A DNA stretch of 63,694 bases, filler included, from Octopus bimaculoides (taxonomy: Eukaryota): assembly GCF_001194135.2 (NCBI RefSeq). It is 6 parts of 6 records of this genome, joined end to end, with 100 filler letters (N's around TTAATTAATTAA, not from the genome) between each part and the next. Parts side by side here need not be neighbours in the genome. Positions count along the whole stretch, not along the records: positions 37,183 to 55,144 come from NC_068984.1; 5 more parts are not named here. The stretch is one strand, 5' to 3'. Under the pieces are notes generated by a model, which saw only the letters and a program-made list of their open reading frames with translations, was not told the origin of the DNA and searched no databases. Position numbers and translations under genes: made by a program. Positions 38,863 through 51,551 of this stretch are shown one piece after another; within the stretch, counting starts at the first letter, position 1, and the number at the start of each line of letters is the position of its first letter.

Positions 38863-39494
38863 CCTACTCATGATCAGAGATGCATATATTGTCAGCCACC
38901 AAGGGACATGCTCAAGTGGTTAAGGTCAAATAACTGACAAGCAAATCTGTGGTATTGAGCAGAATATTTGCTATAATGATATTTTTGCTTCAGCAACTCA
39001 ATGCTGAATCTATCCGAACTATAATGGAAAATAGGTCAGTTTCAAAACATTAATGTCCAGGTCATAAAAGCAAAGTTTGAAGAGAATAGTAGTCATTTCC
39101 TTTGATTTCTAGATAGCAGCGAATAGGAAATAAAGACAAAAAAAAAATGTTATGCAGTGTTATATTCTTACTTTTGATATCTATTGATATCTGTATTCAT
39201 TTATTATTAACATTGTTATCATTATTTTTTTAATTTGCTCTTCAGACAGACTTTCTATTTTATTAGTTGCACATGAAATACAATAAAAGCACCCAATACT
39301 TTACTAAGCAACAAAAAGGTAACTTTAGTAATTGTTTATTTCAACTGACACAAGTGTATAACAGCTTGATGATCTTTTATCAAAGATGCTTGAGATTGGA
39401 AGTGCTTTGAGTTTCAAATGTTTTCTCTCTTTTTGATGATTGTATCATCATCATCATCATCATCATCACCATCTTCCTCCTCCTCCTCCTCCTT

Positions 39495-39541
<47 letters not shown>

Positions 39542-41464
39542 TGTCATCATCATCATCATTGTCATCATTGTCGTTGTCATTGTTGTTGTGGCCGTTGTTG
39601 TTATGGTGATTGTTGTTTAGCTTCATGTCAGCTTTGGTCAAGCAGTCTTATAATCAAAGGAATTTCAGTTGCGACCATCTTGTCTTATTTTATTCAGACG
39701 TAATGTTATTTGAGGTAGATTTAGCTGTACTTTGCAACTGACAGTGGCCACATAGAGGTTTCCTCATTATTATAGTTGGTTAAACATTCATTTTTCTATA
39801 TGGCTCATAATTATAAGCAGCATATTTTGGCAACGAAGATTGATCTTTTATCTATTTGGTTTATTCTGTGAAATGGCTATTTTGTATTCTAGCCTGCCAG
39901 CTGAAGGGTCTGTAGTTTGTACTCAGGAAAGACCACAATAGTCTGGTTCACTTAGTTGTAAATTAGTTTTAAAAGATGACTCACTTTAATACTATATGTA
40001 GCAAGACATTCCTAAGATAAAAAGTTTTGTTAGTGTCCATTGCTGAGTTTAAGTTTAAAAGTTTTCACTAAAAAGCAGAATTGCTGTATTCATAATTGTG
40101 AAAAGGAGTTTTATAAAGTCCTTTGAATTCTATGTAGACCTGTATATTTTAGTTTTAGGTTTTATCTTTTTAAACCGAAGAATATTTCTTGCTGAAGCAA
40201 CTTTTAACCTTTACATATGAGTGATTCTTCTTGCTAAATAATTTTAACCAATGGTTATTTTGAACCTTTTTGTATTATGTACACAAATATTCAACTATCA
40301 GCTGTCACAAGTTCACAATTAGATGGAAAACTATTCTAGTGATTTCTTTTTTGAATTTCTAGATTGCAGACTAAGTTTTCTGGTGATGCTGTAAATAAAA
40401 ATTGTGAGTAAGTAACATTTTCTGCTGAATGGTACAGGTGCATTAATTAATGATTGTTTCATTTGGCTGCAGTGCTTCATTGAAATTTTTCTATAGTTGT
40501 AAACCATAAAGTGCTCACACTACTTCCTTATTTCAGTTTTGTCCTCACCAGCTGTAATCACCAAAGTTAGCTTAATGAATGAACTGGTTTCTTCTGAATT
40601 CGTGTTTATATCACAATTCAGTCATTGATTTATATTCTCTACTTACTATTTTCAGGTGGATAGAGTTTTATTTTACCACAAAAGGACTCACTGTGCAGTT
40701 AAAACCATACATGCCACTCACATCTTTAAATTATTCTCAACATCTATTAAGTGTGAAGAAGTTAAAATAAAGTGCATCACAGCAGAAAATAGTGAAATCT
40801 TGAGATCCATTTGAACCTCCAAATAAAGAAATCTTGTGAGTCATCTGAATTTCCAAATAAAGCTTTATGTGATAGAGGCAAGATAAAGAAGAAAAGCAAA
40901 ATAGATAATGAGAACAAGATTGAGATAGATAATAATATACAACAGGTATCTTCTGACTATATAATGGAAACAAGTCACTTAAAAGATACAGCATCAATGG
41001 CAGAGATAACAAAAGTTGGTTATTAAATAAATATTATACTTTAAATATTTTGTATTTCATTAATCACTAGATGCATGTTACTGAGCTAGCTGTGAATATA
41101 TTAGTTTTTTTCTGGTCTACTTTATCTGTTTCATTGGTAACAGAATCTGTGGCTTGAATAACTTCTGTAACAAAACTTCATTAACTTATTTAATGTGACA
41201 TTCTTTCTAAAATGTGTGAGTGCTGTAATAATCTATTTGTGAATCCTTTAACAAACCATTTCACTGTATTTATGTCTTATACCTGTGAATAATAATCTGC
41301 ATGAATTCTGTCTAACTGTAAGCCTAATCTCTAGCCCCAGAAAGCATGGGAACATCAAGTTAGTTGGCTCATAACAGATTACATAAAGATGACTTTCTGA
41401 TGTTGAGTATTTTTTATTAAGGGTTGTAAGACATTTTTCTTTTAAATGAGAAATATTCCTATGT

Positions 41465-42320
41465 GTAGTAAGTAGCTTGCTTACGAACCACATGGTTCCG
41501 GGTTCAGTCCCACTGTGTGGCACCTTGGGCAAGTGTCTTTCAACTATAGCCTTGGGCTGACCAAAGCCTTGTGAGTGGATTTGGTAGACGGAAGCTGAAA
41601 GAAGCTCGTCGTATATATATATNNNNNNNNNNNNNNNNNNNNNNNNNNNNNNNNNNNNNNNNNNNNNNNNNNNNNNNNNNNNNNNNNNNNNNNNNNNNNN
41701 NNNNNNNNNNNNNNNNNNNNNNNNNNNNNNNNNNNNNNNNNNNNNNNNNNNNNNNNNNNNNNNNNNNNNNNNNNNNNNNNNNNNNNNNNNNNNNNNNNNN
41801 NNNNNNNNNNNNNNNNNNNNNNNNNNNNNNNNNNNNNNNNNNNNNNNNNNNNNNNNNNNNNNNNNNNNNNNNNNNNNNNNNNNNNNNNNNNNNNNNNNNN
41901 NNNNNNNNNNNNNNNNNNNNNNNNNNNNNNNNNNNNNNNNNNNNNNNNNNNNNNNNNNNNNNNNNNNNNNNNNNNNNNNNNNNNNNNNNNNNNNNNNNNN
42001 NNNNNNNNNNNNNNNNNNNNNNNNNNNNNNNNNNNNNNNNNNNNNNNNNNNNNNNNNNNNNNNNNNNNNNNNNNNNNNNNNNNNNNNNNNGTATGTGTGT
42101 GTGCATATGTTTGTGTGTCTGTGTTTGTCCCCCAACATCGCTTGACAACCGATGGTGTTGTGTTTACGTCCCCATAACCTAACGGTTCAGCAAAAGAGAT
42201 GATAGAGTAAGTACTAGGCTTACAAAGAATAAGTCTTGGGGTCGATTTGCTTGACTAAAGGCGGTGCTCCAGCATGGCCACAGTCAAATGACTGAAACAA
42301 ATAAAACAGTAAAAGAGTAA
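41465..42320 (+). mobile_element. SINE family B with an N gap in its microsatellite
   Basis: 5' half 41465-41622, 3' half 42091-42320. Confidence 0.9.
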
Positions 42321-43370
42321 ATTTCATAAAATTATATTTTACAAAGTTGTAATTTGTTTTAGAAATTGTCTTTTAACTAGAAGTAAATTAACTGATATAT
42401 TCTATGTTATGTGAGATTATTTATATTTTGATAGTTTTGGTGTCATTGGTTTAAAAATGACTCTGTATTGTAGTAGATAACTGCAGGTTACTGATTGTTT
42501 ATCTTATATAACCAAAAAAAACAACAAAAAAAAAACAACAGAAGACTAAATAAGAAAACATGGCTGTTGCTCAAGCAAATATGACATGGTAGGATATACA
42601 ATGCTTTCACCAATTGTTTTTGGTGCCTATGTAGTTGCAAGCATACAAAGACATTTTCTCAACCCTCCCACACTTTACCCAAGTAAATATTAAGGAGGTG
42701 CTAGCTGGTGGGAGAGAGTGCTGCACCACAACTCAGCTGGTACTTGTTCTCATTTGAGCAGATTGGAGCAATGTGAAATGATGCCCCCCCCCCCCCGAGC
42801 ATTGGATCTGATAATTACTGCAAGTATTACTACTCTATGTTGCCTTCAAATGCTGAGTTCCAGTCCCTCTTTAGTAATACTTTGAAGTGAGATGTATTCT
42901 GCCAAATGATTTGCTTAAAAGCCCTACTTCAGCTTCCACTCTGGTCCACTTCAGACAGTGGACCAGAGTCTTTTTTATAAGCTTTATTTGTAGCCCACAA
43001 TAATATAAATTACGAAATAGCTATGGTTTACTGGTAATTAATACTAACACTTCAGAGTTAAAACTTAATAGACACCATAAAAATATAAACAGAGTGTAAT
43101 ATAAATATTTTACTTGTTATATATTGAAGTTTATTTTTATGGCATCCCTGAATATTTTTTTAAAGGTTAATAATATATAAATGAATGTTATCAAATTTAA
43201 ATTTTATTGAATAACATTGAAATTACAATTTAAAATTGAATTTGACATTATAAGAATTTATAAATTTTCAAGAGAACATGAAATGAAATAATTCATTTTT
43301 TGTGTAGTGAATCTCAAATCACATAAAACTATAAATAACAGTAGGTAAATATTGGGTTGAGAAATCCTTC

Positions 43371-43460
43371 TGGATAGAAAAAGTGGACATTTCTATCCAA
43401 AAGTGGACATTTCTATCCAAAAGTGGACATTTCTATCCAAAAGTGGACATTTCTATCCAA
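43371..43460. repeat. Perfect 4 x 20-bp minisatellite (AAGTGGACATTTCTATCCAA) preceded by an inverted 10-mer
   Basis: Units at 43381, 43401, 43421 and 43441. TGGATAGAAA at 43371 is the reverse complement of TTTCTATCCA. Confidence 0.95.
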
Positions 43461-44212
43461 TATTTACATGCTATTATTTATAGCTTTATGTAATTCAAGA
43501 TCCACTGTTCCCCAAAAAGCACTATAAAATTAAATCTATTTACTGCTGAAAGAAAAGGAACAACTGAGGCATAGAAAAGAAGCAATATTGCACAAATTAA
43601 TGTGAAAAATAAGGTTGTTATCACACAATAATTGCACATCAGAAAGAAAAGAAGTTAAACTTAACCTCATATCTATCTCAACATCCATTCTGTTCTTATA
43701 CTAGTATATGAAGAAAGCTGAAGCAAATATCCAATCTTGTATAAGTTGCAACAAAAGACATTAGAAATTGAACTACCTTCCTTTATAAATTTAGATAATC
43801 TTCTTGACAACTAAAAGTTATTTGGGGAAACATTCTGAAATTTTTGTTTCAGAACTGCCTTAGTTAATATTTTAGTTAATAGAATCCATTTCTAGTTCAT
43901 TTAACTATAACATTTTACACTGAATGGACTCTAATCCACTTATGCTTGTGCCTTACAAATTTAATCCATTTAAGTCATGAAATGTGCTGCATAAGTAGGT
44001 CAGCTGTACAAACCAATTAAATTCATGAAATCTATCTTTAAATTAAATATGACATCAATTATCAATGGTGGGTGTTGATTTAAAAGAATAAACATTGATT
44101 TTTTAAATTGAAATAGTAATTTCAAAACATTTCTGTTAGATAATCATCACAATTAACAATGTTAAAGGAAACATACATATTCACTTCATGCAGTAACTGT
44201 CTTGCTATTTAA

Positions 44213-44440
44213 CCATTTCATTACTGTATTTATTTTGGGATGCTCTGTGTTTCTTTCAATTACTTTAAATATAACAAAGAATTTAGTAAAATAACTTAGT
44301 TATCATTCAGCTAGTGTTAGGAACATAAATTGTGACTAAGGATCTAAGGATTGGTGGAAGATTTTAATTCAAAACTTATGAAAACAAGACATTTGTACTC
44401 AGAGCCAGAGCTGGTTTCAGCTGGGTTGGTAACGAAAGGG
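44213..44440. mobile_element. piggyBac-type MITE
   Basis: TTAA|CCATTTCATTACT ... GGTAACGAAAGGG|TTGA: degenerate TIR (10/13) with a TTAA-like target site. Confidence 0.55.
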
Positions 44441-47290
44441 TTGATAAATGAGACTATATAATTTAATAAGTTCACACACACTTAAACAATTGTGTTCAAA
44501 TTTAAGGGTATATGTTACATCATTAAAGCTTGCTTGTGAATAAATACAATGCACACATACAGAATTTGGAGCAACTCATTGATTTTCTGGAACAATCTTT
44601 AGTAGTAACCTGACATTTCCTACTCCATTGCTTTTTAGTCCCAAACATATTTCTCAGTGAATGTTTTATTTACTGATAGAATCATTCATGAGTTTCAACA
44701 ATTCTAATGCTGTTGTTATTTTTGAAAACAAGTTATAAATGTAAAATTGTCATGAATGGAAACCTTCAGCCAACATTAAATCATAATTATCTGTAATGTC
44801 TGTGTTTCCACCCATATGTAATGGTGGGTTGGAACCCAAGCTGTTCTGTATTCTACAATCAAGAGAGTCTTCTATATTCTCACAGTATTATTAATTCAGC
44901 ATTGTTAGAAAGAGGTGTTGCTAAATAAGAAATTTCATTCTTATGTTCATTACAGAGTATATTAACTTTTCCAGTAGATACCCTGCCTCAGTTACTGATT
45001 TTGAAACTTCATAAGTTTACGAAACTAAGTTTTCACTGGATAGATTGATAAAGAGAGCTTATTAATATGCTTTTTCTCAATAGTACGTAACTTAAGTTTT
45101 TGATAATCTGGTATGGCAAATAATGTAAAATGTCTAATGTTTATTGCTACTAGTGGCAATGAAGCCAAATTTATAATATTTGTCACAATATTTGTATATC
45201 ATACAGCACTTCTCTACATCGCTTGGTCTTTTATTATTATCTTTGCTTGTCATGAGCTGAGTTGAATTGCTGTCATTTCTTCTTTAGTGGACACTAAAAT
45301 GAAATGTTTTTATAAAAACAAAATTTAAGTTGATTAGTATTATTGCTATCAACTGCTGAAGGCTGATTCAATATCTTAACAATATTCTTTTTTGCAATAC
45401 TCTCTGTTATTTTCTTTTTAATGAAACATGGAAAGACAAGTGTGGAGACCAAGCAGTTGGATAACTTCATAGAAAAAAAATAGAAGAAATATTCATATTC
45501 AATTTTCTGTAATAACATTTATTTTCTCCAAGAACTGAAAACTGTATAAAGCAATTATCATTAACCATGAAATGTAGTGTCTAGTGACAACAAGTTTAAT
45601 CATCAGAAACTTAGCAACAAAGAAAATTGGAAAAAGTTTAATATGTGAGTGTTCTTATTGATCCTGCAAAATTTGATATAAAAATTTAGAACTTAATAAA
45701 TAAAGTTTTACTGTATAATGTGTTATGTAGTTCTCATGAAAGTTGTGACAACAACTAGTAATGCATATCTAATGTGTGTGTGTTCTTCATTTGAAAGGTT
45801 TTGCAGTCACAGATCTCTTTCTATGAGAGGTGAAAGTTGAGTATTGAGAGCTGCTACAATAGCTCCAGCAAGCCCATATTTTTAAATGTAATTTAGGCAT
45901 TAATTTTAACCAATTGAATCTAGTTGTTTCACTTGATTGTCCAAAGCAGAGTTCTCTTCAGAGGGCACTCCAAAAAGTATTTTAAATAAAAGGCAGAAAA
46001 TTTGTAAAATCTCTTACAATTGCTTTTCTTATGAAAGAATCTGAAATTTCATGTCTAGTTCTCAGTTGCTATGACCATGTGACAGTGTATAAGAGTGAGT
46101 GTCTGAGGGGGTTAGTGAAGTCTGTGTTTCAACGGTGCATCAGATACTATACAAGCACATTAAAAAAAATGGGAAAATAGGACTCTCCAATATTTCCAAT
46201 ATGCTGTCTGAATTTATAAAATTAGCCCTTAACGTGATATGCTTAAACTGTGACCTTTGTCATGTCCTCACCGCCATATATAACATTTAACATAACTATC
46301 AGCCAAAACAACTCCCTAGCAGGTACAACATTTTTGTATGTACTTTAAACTTGGGCTGAATACTTAACTGAATGAACCGAATTTCATACATTTACTAGGT
46401 TTTTGATATTTGGATGTTTCATTAGACAACCATCTTAAAATATTATTCTAATATTTATCAGAGGTAGAAAAATACCGTCACAGGCTTTAGTATAGAAACA
46501 CTGTGTTACTTGAAAATAAAACCAATAAATAACACACTCTAATCTATTGACCTACAATACTCAAGCATGCTATAGATTGATATTTGAGAACTTTTGCATT
46601 CTGATTTATTTATTTTGTATTTTTATTATCTTCCATTTCTTGCAGTTTCCTAGAAAGTGTTGCACAGGAGTGGAGCTTATTTCAGGATCATTTAGTTGAG
46701 AGTTACCTGATACTGTCTCTTTCACAATACACTTGTTGATATTACAATTATTATGCAACTTATAAACATTGATGTTTTAAGAAGGCACAGAATATTGTTG
46801 GTGATGGGTATAATCCACTGATTATCAAAAAAAAAAAAAGAAAAAATTTAGTTGCCAACAATATTTGAATGAGTTTATGGTAATTTGGAGGCACTGAATC
46901 CAAGAATGACCTCTGTTTTTGAAATAATGGATTTCCTTCAAATTATAATGTTGTCCTAATTTGACATATAGGGATTTTTCTGAGTTCTATTAAAATGTTG
47001 GCTAGAAGTTAAGTTAGGTAAGTTTAGGTCAGAAGTCATAATAATTTAATATTCAGCAACTCAGTCAGGAATTCCTAGGCGAGAATGCCATATTTGATAA
47101 AAACGTTGAATCATGTAACTTTGCCAACATATTTGTTGGCATATAAAACAAGGACTCTTCTCCACATATCTTTCTCTTCTGCATTGTTATTTAACTTTTA
47201 TTGAAGACCTAACTTTAAAAATTGTTTATGAAGTTAATAATTGGTTTTTAAAACTTTTTTTTTTTTTTGGTAGATAAAGAATTAAATATA

Positions 47291-47910
47291 AAACAAGTAG
47301 AAAGATATATTTTTCAATGCATAAATACTAATAGAACAGCATATATAGGATAAAATCCTTTAAAAGCAGAAAAATTTGTCAGCAGCCAGCCATGAGGATC
47401 AGACTCACACCCTTCTGATTTCCGGTCAGAGTGCTTTACCTTTAAGCTAAACTGCTGACTGATGAATTCTACTGCAATTTTAAAACTTATAAAGTCATCC
47501 AGAAATGCTAGATGTCCTATAAATTATGTCATATGTAAACAAACATAAGTTTATTTTTGAAGCATTGAAATGTATTGTAGAACAAGTAGAAAGATACATT
47601 TTTCAATGTGTAAATACTGATAGATCAGTATATATAGGATAAAATCCTTTAAAAGCAGAAAAATTTGTCAACAACCAACCATGAAAATCAAACTAAAATT
47701 GCAGAAGAATTCGTCAGTCAGCAGTTTAGCTTAAAGGTAAAACACTCTGACAGGAAATCAGAAGGGTGTGATTTCAATCCTCAATGCTCATTGCTGAAAA
47801 ATGTTTTGTCCTATATATGTTGTTCTATCAGTATTTATGCATTGAAAAATATATCTTTCTACTTGTTCTACAATACATTTCAACACTTATGCTTGTTTAC
47901 TTATGACGTA
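47291..47910. repeat. Direct plus inverted repeat array containing tRNA-like cassettes
   Basis: 47291-47481 is partly repeated directly at 47581-47694 and inverted at 47695-47910. Cloverleaf-like units lie at 47378-47459 (-) and from 47717 to about 47798 (+). Confidence 0.9.
47378..47459 (-). pseudogene. tRNA-like pseudogene or SINE head (anticodon GGA, Trp-like anticodon stem)
   Basis: TAGCTTAAAGGTAAAGCA D-arm; TCTGA-CCGGAAA-TCAGA; 5-nt variable loop; GTGAG-TCTGATC-CTCAT T-arm with a non-canonical T-loop. Confidence 0.6.
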
Positions 47911-48127
47911 TTTAAATATAAGTTCATCATGAAGAACCTGTTTGAGCAATCCAGATGTTCAAACATCTGCTATGTCTGTGGCAAAAGTGCTATAGAAAAG
48001 CATAGAAAAATATCATTGACTTTTAAAACAAACACATCTTCCTTATTTTGGAGTAAAGCTTGAAAATCAATACAAGTCATGAGTTCCCATAAGGTATGCA
48101 AAACCTGTATATATCCTTCTCAGATAC

Positions 48128-48342
48128 TCTTTACTCTCTTTTACTTGTTTCAGTCATTTGACTGCGGCCATGCTGGAGCACCGTCTTTAGTCGAGCAAAT
48201 TGACCTCAGGACTTATTCTTTGGATGCCTAGTACTTATTCTATTGGTTTCTTTTGCCGAACCGCTAAGTTACGGGGACATAAACACACCAGCATCGGTTG
48301 TCAAGCGATGTTGGGGGGACAAACACAGACACACAAACATAT

Positions 48343-48373
<31 letters not shown>

Positions 48374-48478
48374 CATATATACGACGGGCTTCTTTTCAGT
48401 TTCCGTCTACCAAATCCACTCACAAGGCTTTGGTTGGCCCGATGCTATAGTAGAAGACACTTGCCCAAGGTGCCACGC
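48128..48478 (-). mobile_element. SINE family B inserted in the second Chapaev3-type element
   Basis: Reverse-complement match to 34745-35122, lacking the extreme 5' end. Confidence 0.9.
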
Positions 48479-48805
48479 AGATGTGAAGAAATGGGAAAAG
48501 AAAAAAGTTTAAAGATGGTGAATTTATGCTTGGACATCAAAATGGGTACATGAAATACCCTTATTTCATGTACTTATAGGATAGTAGAGCAAAGCAAGAT
48601 CCTTGAGAAAAAGTGACATGGCCTTCAAGGGAGACTGTGGCCATTGAGACAGCAAATATCATTAATGAATCATTAGTTCAAAGAACAAACAACAATCTCT
48701 CTCCCGTCCATATCAAAGCAGGGCTGATGAAGAATTTTGTTAAAATTTTGGACAAAGATGACTATTGCTTCACTATCTTTGCAGAACGTTCCTGGACTTG
48801 AAAAA

Positions 48806-49133
48806 AGGAGCACTCTGTCGGTTACGACAACGAGGTTCCCAGCTGATACGATCAACAGAACAGCTTGCTCGTGAAATTAATGTGCAAGTGGCTGAGCAAT
48901 CCACAAACACGTGTACCCTTAGCGTAGTTCTCAGGGAGATTCAGCATGACACACAGAGTGTGACAAAGCCAGCCCTTTGAAATACAGGTACTACTCATTT
49001 TTGCCAGCTGAGTGGACTGGAGCAACGTGAAATAAAGTGTCTTGCTCAAGGACACAACGCGTCGCCAGGAATCGAACTCACGACCTTACAATCACCAGCC
49101 GAATGCCCTAACCACTAAGCCATGCACCTTCAC
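48806..49133 (-). mobile_element. tRNA-derived CORE-like SINE (family C), complete, 12-bp TSD
   Basis: GGACTTGAAAAA is duplicated at 48794-48805 and 49134-49145; intact A box TGGCTTAGTGG and B box GTTCGATTCC. Confidence 0.92.
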
Positions 49134-49749
49134 GGACTTGAAAAATTCAAAGGTAAAATATTTACTGGTTTTCATATTTGTAAACTTATCAAAGATTCTA
49201 GCTTTTCAAAATATATGAATGATGTTGACATTTCTGCTTGGGACACTCATGTCTCAGCTATTGAGAATTTCTCGGGTAACAAGAAAGCAGACAATTCTGA
49301 GGAATTTATGGAAAGGCTGCTCAATGGGTTAAAAATACAGCTGTTAATTTGAACATAAAAATACATTTCTTCCATAACCACTTGGGCGGATTTCCAGAGA
49401 GGAACAAGGGGAGAGGTTCCACCAGGATATAAAGGTAACGGAAGAAAGATATCAAGGTAGATGAGACAGATACATGATAGCAGACTACTGCTGGAACTTT
49501 CAGTGTGAATGTCATGCTAAACCACACAAAAGAAAATAATACAAACAGTGGGTTTTGAAGGATTGATTGACATATTTTAATGCACTTAATTAGCCTATGT
49601 TACTGTATTGTCTTATATACTATAATTGCATAAGATACCATAAAATGTTTTGTGTTTATTTTCATGATTTTTAGTGCTATGATGCAGTGAATATTTTTAG
49701 GTATTTTATGTCAATGTGTTCTGATTGCCTTTAATATGAAATATATCAG

Positions 49750-50232
49750 TGGACACTAAACTTCACTTGCGAAGACCTGTTGAGGCAAGTGAAATCGAAA
49801 TTGAAATCAAACTAAATTCGATGACTGGCACTCATGCCAATGTCATCTCCTTCATTGGACATGAAACTCGGCTTGCGAAGACCTGTTGGGGCAAGCGAAA
49901 GCAAAATCGTGATGGCACCTGTGCCCAGCGTCGCCTTCCTGACACTTGTGCCGGTGGCACGTGTAAAGACATTTAAGCGAGATCGTTGCCAGTGCTGCTG
50001 GACTGGCTCTTGTGCAGGTGGCACGTAAAATACACCATTTTGTGCGTGGCCGTTGCCAGTACCCACTACACTCTCGGAGTGGTTGGCGTTAGGAAGGGTA
50101 TCCAGCTGTAGAAACTCTGCCAAATCAGATTGGATCCTGGTGTAGCCATCTGCTTCACCAGTCCTAAGTCAAATCGTCCAACCCATGCTAGCATGGAAAG
50201 CGGACGTTAAACGATGATGATGATGATGATAT
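49750..50232 (-). mobile_element. Interspersed repeat family D ((CAT)n end, GGATGCCCTTCCTAACGCCAACC motif)
   Basis: Opposite-orientation relatives at 19091-19375 and 50953-51200, and a degenerate copy near 60450-60560. Confidence 0.8.
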
Positions 50233-50495
50233 CAGATGACCTAATATCTAAAAATCAATTCAGTAACTAGTGTATATCATAAAAATGTTAGGGATCTCAG
50301 AAGGCTAAGCATATCGAATTCTCAGATATGAAAGTCATTGATTATGTCAAAAACTAGAGCCAATCTAGCAAAACTGATGCCATATTCAGATTCAGCATCC
50401 AAATTCACTTCCAGGTCACTCAAATAACTTTGGCAATGAAAATAATATTGACCAGTATCCAGTATTATTAATAGAGAATTCTTTGTTGTCATTCA

Positions 50496-50583
<88 letters not shown>

Positions 50584-51526
50584 TAGAGATAGAGAGAGAG
50601 AGAGAGAGAGAGTGAGAAAGAGAGAAAGAGAAAGAGAGAGAGAGAAGAGAGCTAACCACTTCACTTTTCTTAAAGACTTCAAAATTTAATTTTATAATTT
50701 AGTTTACAAACTTAGAACATTTATAAGGCTGACTTAACAGAATCCCAATACCAAAAAAAAGAAAAAAAAATTACAAACTCCTTTGAATTGGATACAGACA
50801 TGATATAGTTTCGTTCTAGTTCCTGTAGCATTAAACTAAATATTTCCTGTCATGGCCACTTTCATTACTCATGAATTGATCATCATCTTCTTCTTCTTCT
50901 TCTTCTTCTTCTTCTTCTTCTTCTTCTTCTTCTTCTTCTTCTTCTTCTTCTTCATCATCATCATCATCATTTACCGTCCGTTTTTCATGCTGGCATGAGT
51001 TGGATAGTTTGACAGGAACTGGCTAGGTAGAAGACTACACCATGTTTTTATGTGGCACCAGCACAAGCAAGGTCAGTTTTGGCATGTTTTTTTTTGCAGT
51101 TGGATGACCTTCCAAATGCCAACTACTTTACAGTGTGGAGTGGATGCTTTTATGTAGCACCAGCACTGTCAGGGTCTCCAAGTAACTTGCAAGACAAAGA
51201 TCTTTTGAAAGGGGATGTGGCATTGAAACAAAGATCCTTTGAGAGGGGACATATTTCTTTTAAATGGTTGAATTAAATCTATTTATTTCAAATTAGTGCT
51301 ATAACTTGACTAATGAATGTGTAGTACAACATCACTCTTAAAATTATAAGATTTTCTTTTTTTCATTCCAGCATTGTCCTAATATCATATTTTCTTTCTG
51401 AGGTTAATATTAAAATTAATATAACTAATGTTCTGATGTATGTTTTTGTCATGGTCCTGGCTTAAAGTAGAACTTCAATGACATTTACTGGTTAGTGACA
51501 TATATATGCATTCATTATGGATTCAC

Positions 51527-51551
51527 CTTTGTTCTTTGAAGTGCTGAGCAA
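51527..51551 (-). CDS. Candidate 25-nt micro-exon (phase 1-2), VAQHFKEQ
   Basis: Acceptor ggtttattgcag has a weak pyrimidine tract; donor AAG|gtgaat. Its phases bridge the 59705 exon to the 25467 exon. Confidence 0.4.

Larger units (their letters stand above)
47928..50457 (+). mobile_element. Second, more decayed Chapaev3-type element broken by three SINE insertions
   Basis: CYVCGK..HKVCKTC, LKMVNLCLGHQNGYMKYP, SPVHIKAGLMKNFVK, EQGERFHQDIK..EERYQGR..MIADYCW; right TIR-like ATTGACCAGTA at about 50447-50457. Left TIR not found. Confidence 0.8.

Noticed and set aside
43381-43460. CRISPR-like short repeats
   Set aside because: The repeats are contiguous with no unique spacers or cas genes, in a eukaryotic context.
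44580-47220. Stop-riddled protein-like minus-strand text
   Set aside because: No motif could be recognised; it cannot be distinguished by eye from AT-rich intron or a very old TE.
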